Shown piece after piece: positions 1-9,578 of a stretch of 58,062 nt of DNA. Under the pieces are notes generated by a model that saw nothing but the letters and a program-made list of their open reading frames with translations, ran no database searches and was not told the DNA's origin. The position numbers and the translations under genes are program-made. The DNA comes from a virus (lineage: Duplodnaviria > Caudoviricetes): positions 1 through 58,062 of the IMG/VR virus record IMGVR_UViG_3300037608_000036. One strand, written 5' to 3'. The stretch's first letter is position 1, and each line of letters opens with the position of its first letter.

Positions 1-127
1 AAAGAATCTATCTGGACATCTCCAAACCTAAATAAATTATCTGATCTGGCCGAACGCCATTTTTACAGAATACTTTGTCTGCCAGATGACTTCGGTTGCT
101 GTGAGTTGACGGCGCTTGTCGTCAAGG
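1..127. repeat. Terminal 127-bp direct repeat (copy 1); circular-assembly overlap
   Basis: 1-127 is identical to 57936-58062 and an ORF reads through the junction; 127 is a common assembler k-mer length. Confidence 0.95.
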
Positions 128-747
128 GCCGGTGTTATCCACTTAAAGAAAAAGTGACCATAAAACAGATTGAAAAGTGGAATAAAGAGCTTGAGGACGA
201 AGATATTATAAGGACGTGGAATGAAAATGGTAGAATTTTCGCATACTTCCCTACGTTTGGAGACCACCAGCGCATCAGGGCGACACATCAGAGAAAAACC
301 CCTGAACCACCCAAAAATGTCACTTGTCGTCAAGTGACGTCAAGCGTTAGCACTTTTGCCCCTAATCCTAATCCTAATCCTAATCCTAATCCTAATCCTA
401 TAACTACTTGCTCGGAGCCTTCTCCCGAAGTCGCCGAGCCGCAACCGGAACCAGTCTTAAAAATTCCCCTTTGTCATAAAAACGGAAACGGAGAACCGGA
501 ACAATTTCCCATCTTCCATATTGATATTGACGGATGGACTCAATCTTTTCCCGCGGTCGACATCCTACAGACTTTAAAAATCATCAAAGAGTGGAATCTT
601 TCAAACCCGATAAAACGGAAAACCCGAACAGGTATTAGAAAACACATAACCGGCTGGCTGGCAAAAGAGCAGAATAAGGGCGGAACCAAAAAAGGAAACG
701 AAGATGGACTTGACTCATTTTTACGAAAGCATCAAGGAACTATCTGA
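1..747 (+). CDS. Phage replication initiator / replisome organiser (3' part)
   Basis: ORF 106..747 extends upstream across the join; PN-repeat linker; C-terminal 'W..SNPIKRKT..GIRKHITGWLAKEQN' typical of O/DnaD-like initiators; followed by a loader-like gene. Confidence 0.75.
   Translation, partial: KESIWTSPNLNKLSDLAERHFYRILCLPDDFGCCELTALVVKGRCYPLKEKVTIKQIEKWNKELEDEDIIRTWNENGRIFAYFPTFGDHQRIRATHQRKTPEPPKNVTCRQVTSSVSTFAPNPNPNPNPNPNPITTCSEPSPEVAEPQPEPVLKIPLCHKNGNGEPEQFPIFHIDIDGWTQSFPAVDILQTLKIIKEWNLSNPIKRKTRTGIRKHITGWLAKEQNKGGTKKGNEDGLDSFLRKHQGTI
361..401 (+). repeat. (CCTAAT)n tandem repeat encoding the PNPNPN linker
   Basis: About 6-7 copies of a 6-bp unit, seen directly. Confidence 0.9.
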
Positions 748-1222
748 TTTTTTCGGAAAGAATTTAACGGAAAAACAGGCTGAGTTTTATTTCCGTGAAT
801 TAAAATACACTTCGCGCGAATTATTTAAACATGCCGTTTTAACGATACAAAAAGAGCGCAAGCCAACCCCGGCGAACTTTCCCACAATATCTGAGCTACA
901 ATCCATGTGCCCGAAAGACGATAATCGGCCGGCCTATCGTCACGACGAAACGGACGAACAGTATTTGCGCCGGATTACCGTTTCTCAACTTTGGGAAGCA
1001 ACCCGGATTTACCAGCGCCAGGGAAAAGACCAGGCAATGGAATACATGCTTCGGATGAAGTTTTCGGAAAACGACATTGAGGCTGTTACCCACAAAGCAA
1101 CCGGAAACTATCCGGGCAATACCCCAAAGATCGGTAAAAACTTTCCTAAAGTCGATCATGTGGCAAGGGTGAACGAGTTAAGAAAACAGGCAGAGCAATT
1201 AACCGGCGAAATCCCATTTTAA
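704..1222 (+). CDS. Putative helicase loader/inhibitor-like replication protein
   Basis: Overlaps the initiator gene; 'FPTISEL' motif as in G39P/lambda-P-like proteins; ends in 'EIPF'. Confidence 0.5.
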   Translation: MDLTHFYESIKELSDFFGKNLTEKQAEFYFRELKYTSRELFKHAVLTIQKERKPTPANFPTISELQSMCPKDDNRPAYRHDETDEQYLRRITVSQLWEATRIYQRQGKDQAMEYMLRMKFSENDIEAVTHKATGNYPGNTPKIGKNFPKVDHVARVNELRKQAEQLTGEIPF

Positions 1223-1234
1223 GGAGCCTAACCC

Positions 1235-1471
1235 ATGAACCTAATCAAAATCGAAAACATCAATCACCGACTCGGGAACGATCCTCACTATTTCCTGAGC
1301 CAAGGGGAAACCAGTTTACTATTCACCCCTTACGACATCCAGGCGGCCCAGGAGAGATATGAGAGAGCAATCCGGCGCCGGCCGTCGGTGGATAAACTAT
1401 TCAACCCTGTCCAAAAACAGGAGGTTAAGCCATCGTTGTGGGCGCGGTTATTCCGGCCGCTAAAGAAATAG
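1235..1471 (+). CDS. Hypothetical protein
   Basis: AAGGAG RBS, 78-aa ORF. Confidence 0.65.
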   Translation: MNLIKIENINHRLGNDPHYFLSQGETSLLFTPYDIQAAQERYERAIRRRPSVDKLFNPVQKQEVKPSLWARLFRPLKK

Positions 1472-1593
1472 GCGGATTAACAGTTATCGGTCCTGTCCTG
1501 CCCGGTGAACTGCCGGTGGCTGGTGATCACGTCAATCGGGAACTGCTGCTACCTGGTCGGCCGGAGGATGAACGCGACGGTAAGGGAGGATGA

Positions 1594-1746
1594 ATGACGC
1601 TAAAAAAGATAATTGAAAAATATATGTCTTTGCAAAAACAAGGCTTTGAAAGTATCCTGATTTCGCAAGTTGTAGAGGATATTAGGTTGTGTCAACGTCC
1701 AAAACCTAAAAAACCCCTTGAGGGGACGAGGGAGGGTGAGGCGTGA
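1594..1746 (+). CDS. Small hypothetical protein (50 aa, not in the ORF track)
   Basis: AGGGAGGA RBS, then ATG..TGA open frame. Confidence 0.45.
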   Translation: MTLKKIIEKYMSLQKQGFESILISQVVEDIRLCQRPKPKKPLEGTREGEA

Positions 1747-1901
1747 AAAGATTCTTAATAAGCATAGTTATCGTTTCCCTGTATTATATACCAGCCAAAC
1801 TGTTGATAAGTTATGGATATTTAAACACAGGATTAGTCTTTGTCTGTTGCGCCTCGTATATTTACGGATATTTACAGGCAAAGGCGGGGGTGTGAGGAAA
1901 T

Positions 1902-2345
1902 ATGAAAAACCCGTGCAGGGATTGCGCGCTTTTGGGAGAGGACAAAAACGGGCCGGAGTGTTTGGTCTGCGAGAAGCGGGTGGCGTACCTGCTGCACATC
2001 GGGCACCCGGTCGACATGGCCGTCATGATCGGCTGCGGCGGGGGCGGCGGCAAGGCTCCGGCGGTGGGCGCCGGATATGATGCAGGGGCGGCCGAGGCGC
2101 GCACAAAAATATGCAAAGGACCGCTGTGCCGGCGAATCGATCCGCTGGGCGTGGAACGGCCGGCGAGTGAGTATAAGCTGCACCCGCACACCAGGGACGG
2201 GCTGAATTATCGCTGCCGGAAATGCGATGCCTGGGAGTATCAGCAAAGGAAGGGGTTGAATGGTTTCGCGCAGAGGCGCAGGGACGCAGGGGAATTAGGG
2301 ACGAAGGATGAGGGATTAACTCTGCGGCTCTACGGGAGAATTTGA
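1902..2345 (+). CDS. Cys-rich hypothetical protein (putative Zn-binding)
   Basis: GAGG RBS; CxxC pairs; 'KIC..C...RDGL..RCRKC' motif. Confidence 0.55.
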   Translation: MKNPCRDCALLGEDKNGPECLVCEKRVAYLLHIGHPVDMAVMIGCGGGGGKAPAVGAGYDAGAAEARTKICKGPLCRRIDPLGVERPASEYKLHPHTRDGLNYRCRKCDAWEYQQRKGLNGFAQRRRDAGELGTKDEGLTLRLYGRI

Positions 2346-2424
2346 GGCGGCTTGCGGGTGGCTGCAGACGGAGGTTTGGTGATCAGGGTTTAAGGTTAAA
2401 GGTTTAAGGTTAACAAAAGTTAAC

Positions 2425-2463
2425 AAAAAAGCCCCGCCCCGCTTTTGCGGGACGGGGCGGGGC
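2425..2463 (-). terminator. Intrinsic terminator of the minus-strand two-gene cassette
   Basis: GC stem (gccccg-cccgc / gcggga-cggggc) followed by a U6 tract on the minus strand. Confidence 0.75.
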
Positions 2464-2476
2464 AAAGCGGAAGGGA

Positions 2477-2776
2477 TTATTTGAGGTATGCGTGCAGGGC
2501 GCTTAAAATCAGATCGCGGAGGGAGCCACCCTCATCCAGGGCGCGGTGTTTGGCGCGGAGCATCAGCTCCTCGGGGATGTCGCGCAGCAGGTAGTCGCCG
2601 CCGCTGTGGGTTTCCCGGTAGATCCGCCGGGCGATATGGAGCACGTTTACCGGCTTTCCGGCCGCACGGAGCTGATCCATCTCGATGCGGATATCCGGCT
2701 CACAGGTGCGGCACAGGATCGCACCGCCCATGCCGATCATTGCCTTGGGGCTTCCGCAGGCATCGCAGAGTTTCAT
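2477..2776 (-). CDS. Zn-ribbon plus ribbon-helix-helix (Arc/CopG-like) DNA-binding protein
   Basis: CDAC..CRTC N-terminus; C-terminal 'YLLRDIPEELMLRAKHRALDEGGSLRDLILSAL' RHH pattern. Confidence 0.65.
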   Translation of the reverse strand: MKLCDACGSPKAMIGMGGAILCRTCEPDIRIEMDQLRAAGKPVNVLHIARRIYRETHSGGDYLLRDIPEELMLRAKHRALDEGGSLRDLILSALHAYLK

Positions 2777-2824
2777 TTTTTTTATCCTTTCCCGCGTGTC
2801 GGATGCGCGGCCCCCGCAACTGGG

Positions 2825-3223
2825 TTAATTGTTGAGGATTGCATCAATCTCGGCGATGCGGGCGATAAGCGCAAGGCGCTCATTTCGCAGCGCGGCCATG
2901 TCCGGGGCGGCGGATTTGCGGGCCAGGAAAAACTTATAGGCGTCGCCCTTGTCGCCGATGGGATCGAGTTTGCCGTCCGCCGTTACCGCGTAAAAATCCG
3001 GCGCGGAATTTTTGGGCTGGCGGTTGTCCTTCTGCCCCTTGGCGATGATGTCGCCGGGGGCGGCATCGATGGACAGCACGCCCTCGCCGCCGTTGTACTG
3101 ATCGCCGGTCCAGTCGCCCCAGGCGTACTCGCCCTTGGGGGAAGCGGAAAAATCGACTTTGGCGATCCAGGGTTTGCCCATACGCCGATGATTGTAGCTC
3201 CCTGTGTTGATTGTGATTTGCAT
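2825..3223 (-). CDS. Conserved phage hypothetical protein
   Basis: AAGGAGG RBS, 132-aa ORF, short C-terminal coiled coil. Confidence 0.75.
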   Translation of the reverse strand: MQITINTGSYNHRRMGKPWIAKVDFSASPKGEYAWGDWTGDQYNGGEGVLSIDAAPGDIIAKGQKDNRQPKNSAPDFYAVTADGKLDPIGDKGDAYKFFLARKSAAPDMAALRNERLALIARIAEIDAILNN

Positions 3224-3268
3224 GGTTGCCTCCTTTTTGGTTTGGGTTTATGTTGATTCTTTGATTAT

Positions 3269-3297
3269 AATATATATCATAATTATCATGATGTCAA
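3269..3297 (-). promoter_or_regulatory. Sigma70-type promoter of the 2477-3223 cassette
   Basis: TTGACA-17 bp-TATATT on the minus strand; the spacer contains palindromes ATCATGAT and ATAATTAT. Confidence 0.7.
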
Positions 3298-3531
3298 GAA
3301 AAAAATGCAAAAATAATAAAAATTTATTATGAATAATATCAGCGTGTTGCCTTTGATGGTGGAAAATATTTTAAAAACCGAGGAGATCCGCTGCCCCACG
3401 CGACATGCCCGCATTGTCGCCATAATTGCCGTGCTGGCTGTACTGGCGGTTATATGGCTGCGGAAAGCCGACGCGGACTATATAGCCGGAGGTTTGATCT
3501 TGTGGGGATTAATAATCTGGGCGGTGCTGAG

Positions 3532-3879
3532 ATGATTTACCCCATAGAACCAGTCTCAAAACCCAGGCAAACCCAGCGCGACAAGTGGAAAAAACGGCCA
3601 TGCGTGATGAAATACCGTTGGTTTGCCGATATCTGCCGAGCCCACAAGGTTTGTGTTCCAGAGTCCGGCGCGCACATCACGTTTTACCTGCCGATGCCGC
3701 CCAGTTGGTCGGAAAAGAAAAAGATCGCCATGGACGGTCAGCCTCATCAGGGAAAAATAGACGTGGACAATCTTTTAAAGGCGTTGTTGGACGCCATTTA
3801 CACAGAAGATAAAGGGGTTTGGGATATTCGCGTGACAAAGGTTTGGGGTGTGCGCGGACAAATAGTAATCACGGAGTAA
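3532..3879 (+). CDS. rusA: RusA-like Holliday junction resolvase
   Basis: 'PVSKPR', 'PMPPSWS.KKK', 'H..K.DVDNLLKALLDA..EDK' motifs; start reassigned to ATG 3532. Confidence 0.85.
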   Translation: MIYPIEPVSKPRQTQRDKWKKRPCVMKYRWFADICRAHKVCVPESGAHITFYLPMPPSWSEKKKIAMDGQPHQGKIDVDNLLKALLDAIYTEDKGVWDIRVTKVWGVRGQIVITE

Positions 3880-3915
3880 AACCATTACCACGAGCCAGGT
3901 CCGGCGCGATCGAGA

Positions 3916-4140
3916 TTGTTGATGAATAGCGATATTATAGAAATAAAAGAATTGTTCCGTCCCGACGAAGTTGCGAGAATACTCGGAATATCTATACGAA
4001 CCGTCCGGCGATGGGTAAAAGAGGGGAGGCTCGACGGTAAAAAATTCTCAAGAAAATGTTTAAGAATAACAAGGAAATCAATTTTAGCCCTTAAAACAAG
4101 TGAAGATTTAGTGACAATAGATACAAATAGATACAAATAG
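3916..4140 (+). CDS. Excisionase/MerR-type HTH DNA-binding protein
   Basis: 'LFRPDEVARILGISIRTVRRWVKEGRL' HTH pattern. Confidence 0.8.
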   Translation: MLMNSDIIEIKELFRPDEVARILGISIRTVRRWVKEGRLDGKKFSRKCLRITRKSILALKTSEDLVTIDTNRYK

Positions 4141-4217
4141 GACGTAGACAGGCCGTTTTTAAATGGGGTATTATACGTATAATTTATAGCGGCCCGAACC
4201 GCAGTCTTTATTCTGAG

Positions 4218-4253
4218 CCCGACCGGGCCGTAAGTTCCTGGTCGGGTTTTTTT
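4218..4253 (+). terminator. Intrinsic terminator upstream of the packaging genes
   Basis: cccgaccggg / cctggtcggg stem plus T7 tract. Confidence 0.75.
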
Positions 4254-4490
4254 GTTGTGTGACGATGAAAACAGAAGTCAGGTACTCCGAAGAGGTTAAA
4301 GACCAGCACAGAGAATATCTTCTGGACCGGCTTTTAAAGCTGCAAGGGAGGCTGAATCGGCGTAAAGCAAACATCGCTCCAAAGATCGAACGGCGCTCAC
4401 AGCGCATTATGGAGGGTCGGGATAGTGGATAAACGTGTCAAAGCAGGGGAAGGGCTCATATGAGGTTATGCTCTATTACGATTATCGGCA

Positions 4491-5024
4491 ATGGTATCCA
4501 GGATTAATGAAAAAATGGCAACTAAAAAATCTCAAAAAATAGGTCGGCCAAGCAAAGCCGATAAGCTGGATAAAAACAAACTAAAAGAGTTGTATATTGA
4601 CGGCAAGACCGATACCGAAATAGCTAAAATCTTTAACATATCTAGAAGGACGCTTATAAATTGGCGCAAAAAAAACCCGGAATTTGTGCTCGCCCTAAAA
4701 GACGATTGGAAAAAAGTAGCTGATCACAGAGTTGAGCGGTCGCTATACGAACGATCTTGCGGTTATGAGCACCTGGAAACCAAGGCCCAATGGGTTCAGG
4801 ACGAGAGCGGTAGTAGGTGGGAAACGCTTGATATGGTTAAACATTATCCACCCGACCCGACATCAATGATATTCTGGCTGAAGAACCGACAGCCCCAGAA
4901 ATGGCGGGACAAACACGACCTGGACATAACCGACACCCGCATGGTGCAGGCTATTTTATCATCGCTGCCGGCGGAGATTCGGGAACAAGTTAAGGCGTCG
5001 ATCAAAGCCAGGGCGGGTAAGTGA
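4491..5024 (+). CDS. terS: Terminase small subunit
   Basis: 'GRPSK', HTH, 'PPDPTSMIFWLKNRQPQKWRDK' motif; lies upstream of TerL. Confidence 0.85.
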   Translation: MVSRINEKMATKKSQKIGRPSKADKLDKNKLKELYIDGKTDTEIAKIFNISRRTLINWRKKNPEFVLALKDDWKKVADHRVERSLYERSCGYEHLETKAQWVQDESGSRWETLDMVKHYPPDPTSMIFWLKNRQPQKWRDKHDLDITDTRMVQAILSSLPAEIREQVKASIKARAGK

Positions 5025-5242
5025 TGGAAGCTCCTAATTGCAGGACGTGCGGCAATCGTCATTATGGACCGTGTAACGTATTTTATAATGCGGAGGAGCC
5101 TAAAAAAGAAAAAGCCGTCGACATGCAGCCTGATAAAACGGTAGTTCGCGCGACCGGGAGCAAACACGGAGTGTACGCGGATAAAGAAAAGCGAAAAGCA
5201 TACCGGCGTGAATATATGAAAAAGCGGAGAGCGAAGGCATAA
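5021..5242 (+). CDS. Small hypothetical protein
   Basis: Overlaps both neighbours; CxxC..H..C and basic C-terminus. Confidence 0.6.
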   Translation: MMEAPNCRTCGNRHYGPCNVFYNAEEPKKEKAVDMQPDKTVVRATGSKHGVYADKEKRKAYRREYMKKRRAKA

Positions 5243-6951
5243 TGGCCCAGGCCGTTCGAAAAATAAACATAGATGCGATTGCCGACCAGATTATCAGGGC
5301 CGTGGGGATTGATACCGCCCTGGATCTGATAGGCGGTCGCTACGAGCAATACCGCAATGATCCGGTCGGATTTGGGGAAAAGGTACTGGGAGAGTCCTAT
5401 ACCGACGACATTAAACGTATGATGGAGTCTGTGAGGGATTATGAGATAACCATTGCGATATCCGCCAACGGAGTGGGCAAAACTCATGCAGCTGCACGAG
5501 TCGCCCTGTGGTACTACCAGACCCGCAAACAAGTTGAGGTCTACACCGCTGCCGCCCCTCCCGAAGATAACCTGTATCGTTTATTGTGGGGGGAGCTGCG
5601 GTCGATTGTGGAGAAACACCCGGAGTTGGTGAAAAATGACCGGGTGACAACAATGCACATTGAACGCGCGGCAAAAGAGTTCATAGAGGGCGTCACGATC
5701 CCGGTTTCAGGGGATGAAAAGACCCGTGAAGCTAAGTTTTCGGGGAAACACTCTCCTAATTTAATGTTTATTTTCGACGAGGGGGACGCGATTCCGGACG
5801 AGGTTTACGCCGGCAGAGAATCATGTACGTCAGGTGGCGAATTCCGGACGCTCATTATGTTCAACCCCAGGCAGCCCAAGGGCGAGGCCTATCGCATGAT
5901 CAGGGACGGCCGGGCGAATATAGTTGAGATTTCAGCGTTCCGACATCCAAATGTGATTACTGGCAAAAACGTCATTCCGGGCGCCGTGGATCGAAATACC
6001 ACTGTTCGCCGGATTCACCAGATGTGCCGACCAGTGATAGAGGGAGAGTCCGCCGAGGGATCATCGACGTTTATTCTCCCCGATTTTCTGGTTGGATGCA
6101 CGGCAACCGACCAAAAAGGCCAGCAGCTGCCTCCCCTCGTCGCCGGGGAATACAAAGTCATGGTCCCGGCATTTTCTCACATGGTTTTAGGCCAGTACCC
6201 CGCCCATGCCGAGGATCAACTGATTTCGTCCGAATGGATAAATGCGGCACGCGCAAGATGGGATCTATACGTTGCCATGTACGGCGAGAAAATTCCCGTC
6301 GGAGTTCAAGGAGTGGCCGGGCTGGACCCCGGAGAGTTTGGGGCCGACCCCACCGTATTGATTGAGAAATACGGCGGCTGGGTGCCGATGCCGATCCAGT
6401 GGAGCGGTGTTGATATTATCGTAACATCAGAGACGGCGAGGAAGAAACTGGCCGGCAAGCCGATCAAGTGTACCAACGTTGATGCTACAGGTGTCGGCGC
6501 TGGTGTAGCTCCCGACATGATGCGGCATAATTACACAACTCAGGCAATCAAGACCGCCGAGACCAAATTCAAGGATGAAACCTATTACGACCAGGCGACA
6601 AGTGAGATCGGAGAATTCAAGATTTTCCGCGACTGCCTGGCCTGGATGGTCAGGGAGTGGCTCAGGGGCGACCCCGGCTCGATGTTGCCGCCGGATGAAG
6701 AATTACTTGAAGAACTCAGGATACCGACCTACGCAATCGACGGAAAATACGTCCGAGTAATGAAAAAAGATCTGATGAAAGAGCAGCTGAAACGAAGTCC
6801 AAACAAATTCGATGCTCTATGCCTGTGTTTTGCCAAGCCCTTAGAGTCTCAGTCGATGGTACAAATGACCCAAGCGATGCACAATGAATTAAAAGCTAAA
6901 TATTCAAGGTTCGGCGGACCAAACCCATATTTACGAGGACTAAGGGGATGA
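5242..6951 (+). CDS. terL: Terminase large subunit
   Basis: Walker A SANGVGKT, Walker B IFDEGD, 'FNP', RNase H-like GLDPG..D, 'VDATGVG', C-terminal 'RSPNKFDAL'. Confidence 0.93.
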   Translation: MAQAVRKINIDAIADQIIRAVGIDTALDLIGGRYEQYRNDPVGFGEKVLGESYTDDIKRMMESVRDYEITIAISANGVGKTHAAARVALWYYQTRKQVEVYTAAAPPEDNLYRLLWGELRSIVEKHPELVKNDRVTTMHIERAAKEFIEGVTIPVSGDEKTREAKFSGKHSPNLMFIFDEGDAIPDEVYAGRESCTSGGEFRTLIMFNPRQPKGEAYRMIRDGRANIVEISAFRHPNVITGKNVIPGAVDRNTTVRRIHQMCRPVIEGESAEGSSTFILPDFLVGCTATDQKGQQLPPLVAGEYKVMVPAFSHMVLGQYPAHAEDQLISSEWINAARARWDLYVAMYGEKIPVGVQGVAGLDPGEFGADPTVLIEKYGGWVPMPIQWSGVDIIVTSETARKKLAGKPIKCTNVDATGVGAGVAPDMMRHNYTTQAIKTAETKFKDETYYDQATSEIGEFKIFRDCLAWMVREWLRGDPGSMLPPDEELLEELRIPTYAIDGKYVRVMKKDLMKEQLKRSPNKFDALCLCFAKPLESQSMVQMTQAMHNELKAKYSRFGGPNPYLRGLRG

Positions 6952-8918
6952 CCGATAAAGACACCAAGACGGATTTTGAGGAAGCATACGCCGCGGGTCA
7001 AAGCCACTGGTCGCTTTATTGGCTGGAAGCTCAGAGGGATATTCAGTTTCGTGAAGGCAATGAGTGGACGCAGAAGGATAAGAATTATCTGACCGCCATG
7101 GACCGGGAAGCCCTATCGTTCAGGAAACCCCATCGGATCGTCAATGTCATCGCCGGGTACGAACAGAAAAACCTCTACGCTTTAAAGATAGACCCATTCG
7201 AAGGCGCCGACGAAAAGACCGCCAGTCAATTTTCAGGCCTGGTAATGAATAATATGCTTTTCGGCGGCGGGTATATGTGTCAGAGCGGGGCGTTTGAGTT
7301 CGGATCGGTCATCGCCGGGATGAACCTGATTGAACCCTGGGTGGACCGTTCAGACGACCTATTAAACGGGGACATCCGTTTTCGCCGCCTACCGTACAAC
7401 CGCTATATTCTGGACCCCACGTTCACCGACCGGGACCTTGACCGGGACTGCGGGTACGTTATCACCCGTGATTTCTTCTCAAGAGATGCGGTTGCCGGGC
7501 TCCTACCAGAGCGGGAAAAGGATATAGAGAGAATAAAGGGCGGGGCTTCTGATAGTAAATTCAGCTATTCCTACCCGCTAAAGGGCAAGAACAACGAATA
7601 CAATCTGAAGTATGATCGTTTCTATGTCAGCACCCACAGACCATATAGAATTCTGGCCGACACCCAAACGGGCCGGATCGTACCAATGCCCGACAAGGGG
7701 GATAGGCGGGTTGACGAGCTGATTAGGCTGTTTGCCCAAAGATACCCTCAACTGAAAGTGATTAAAGGGCGCAAGCGGGGCGTAGACCTGCATATTTTTG
7801 TCGAGGGCGAACTGATGTACTCCGGACCCGACCCCACGGGGCTGGATGAATACCCCTTTGTCTTGGAGGCCGGATACTGGACACCCGAAGACGAAAATCC
7901 GCAATATCGCCTGCAAGGAGTTGTCAGGTGTATGCGCGATCCCGCAACCGAATCCAACCGGCGCCGGTCAATGATGCTGGATATGCTGGACGGCGTAATT
8001 AGACAAGGGTGGAAGGCGAAAACCGGAAGTGTGGTGAATCAGGACGAACTCTATGGCACCGGTTCTGCTGTCGTCTGGCTGGGAAAAGACGCACAAATGA
8101 CCGACGTTGAACGCTTGGAGTCGCCGCAGATTCCACCGGGAGTGTTTCAGGCTATTGAAGTTATGGATAGAGACGTTGACTCTGTAGCCGGGGTGAATTC
8201 GGAAATGCTTGGAAGCCCAGAAGATAGCAATGTTGAAGTGGCAGCGGTGCTGGCAAAACTTCGAAGTGCAAACGGGCTTACGACCTTGCAAGGCCTTTTC
8301 AACGGGCATAGGTTCTCACGAATTCTATTAGGTCGAAAACAGGTTAAAATCATTCAGAAAAACTACACGCCAACCAAGGTGCAGAGGATTTTAGGGGAGC
8401 CACCGACGCGGGAGTTTTATACCAAGGATTTCGCTAAATATGATTGTGTTCCGGTTGAGGCGGTTCTGACCGACAGCCAACGACAGTTGTTTTATTCTCA
8501 GTTAATGGCTTATAAGAAAATGGGGGCGCCCATCCCTTGGAACGCCATGGTAGATTACGGACCAATGGAGTACAAGGACAAATTCAAGCAGATTATGACT
8601 CAGGCCGAGAAACAGCAGTCTGAGGCAGCCGAGGAAGAACGGCAGATGAACATGGTTGCCAAGCAGCTTTTGAACGCTGAAGCAGCCCAGAAGATCGCCA
8701 GCGCCAAAGAACGATTGTCTCAGGCGCAGGAGAACCGGACCACATCCGAGCTCGACCGGGCCAAGACTATCAGGGAGCTGCAGCAGGTTGATCTTAATTC
8801 ATTTGCCAAAACCCTGGCCCTACTTCAACAGATGCTTGGGATGCTGAAGGGGGAACAGCGACAACCAGAGGGGGGACAACCTGGACTTGAAAACATTCAG
8901 ACGATAGGGCAGGCATGA
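6948..8918 (+). CDS. Portal protein (P22-like)
   Basis: Follows TerL; 656 aa; 'GNEW', 'GVVRCMRDP..E.NRRRS', helical Q-rich C-terminal barrel. Confidence 0.85.
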   Translation: MTDKDTKTDFEEAYAAGQSHWSLYWLEAQRDIQFREGNEWTQKDKNYLTAMDREALSFRKPHRIVNVIAGYEQKNLYALKIDPFEGADEKTASQFSGLVMNNMLFGGGYMCQSGAFEFGSVIAGMNLIEPWVDRSDDLLNGDIRFRRLPYNRYILDPTFTDRDLDRDCGYVITRDFFSRDAVAGLLPEREKDIERIKGGASDSKFSYSYPLKGKNNEYNLKYDRFYVSTHRPYRILADTQTGRIVPMPDKGDRRVDELIRLFAQRYPQLKVIKGRKRGVDLHIFVEGELMYSGPDPTGLDEYPFVLEAGYWTPEDENPQYRLQGVVRCMRDPATESNRRRSMMLDMLDGVIRQGWKAKTGSVVNQDELYGTGSAVVWLGKDAQMTDVERLESPQIPPGVFQAIEVMDRDVDSVAGVNSEMLGSPEDSNVEVAAVLAKLRSANGLTTLQGLFNGHRFSRILLGRKQVKIIQKNYTPTKVQRILGEPPTREFYTKDFAKYDCVPVEAVLTDSQRQLFYSQLMAYKKMGAPIPWNAMVDYGPMEYKDKFKQIMTQAEKQQSEAAEEERQMNMVAKQLLNAEAAQKIASAKERLSQAQENRTTSELDRAKTIRELQQVDLNSFAKTLALLQQMLGMLKGEQRQPEGGQPGLENIQTIGQA

Positions 8919-8919
8919 T

Positions 8920-9357
8920 ATGGAAATTATCATTAAAAAATTACATAAGGATTTAGGCGAAACTCCAAATAAACTTACGTTTGGGGGATGCCGAGACCAG
9001 ATGAAGTCCGACCTTCTGGAAACCCTTACCAAGATCATTAACAGAAAGAGCGACCATCCGAGGCCGTATTACATTCTGGTGTACGCGAACATTGACATGA
9101 GCCGCCCGGGCGGCCACGTAATCAAAGAAAGAGTCATCCTTCTTGATCGACCGCCAGACACCAGGTATTTTGGCACAATCCTTTTCAGGATAGACAACCG
9201 GCGGGGCGACGCGGAAATGGTCTGGAACCTTCCACTTGACATTCCGACCCCGGGGATTTTATACACCGTTCCGGGAAAACAGGTCGAGATTGCAGGAGCC
9301 AGGACGATTGCCGATAGCGTGAAGGGTTTGCCGGTAATTAACAGGAGATTGAATTGA
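8920..9357 (+). CDS. Hypothetical protein
   Basis: 145-aa ORF directly after the portal. Confidence 0.7.
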   Translation: MEIIIKKLHKDLGETPNKLTFGGCRDQMKSDLLETLTKIINRKSDHPRPYYILVYANIDMSRPGGHVIKERVILLDRPPDTRYFGTILFRIDNRRGDAEMVWNLPLDIPTPGILYTVPGKQVEIAGARTIADSVKGLPVINRRLN

Positions 9358-9578
9358 AAGAACAGCAAGCCAAGACGCTGATTGAAAAGATTCGGGCGGC
9401 CTGCCGGGAGTGCGGAGCTTACTGTCAGGTGATTATGAACGAAAAGCCGGAACTTGAGCATGTAAAGATTGAAGTCAATGCAAAGGTAGAGACGTAAGGT
9501 TCTTTGAAAATTGAATAGTTAGACAATCACGAGTATTGGAACCCGCGTTCATTAGAATTAGAACGCAGGAGTATCTGA

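Noticed and set aside
2488-3256. Plus-strand ORFs 2488..2835 and 2546..3256
   Set aside because: Antisense shadows of GC-rich minus-strand genes that have their own RBS, promoter and terminator
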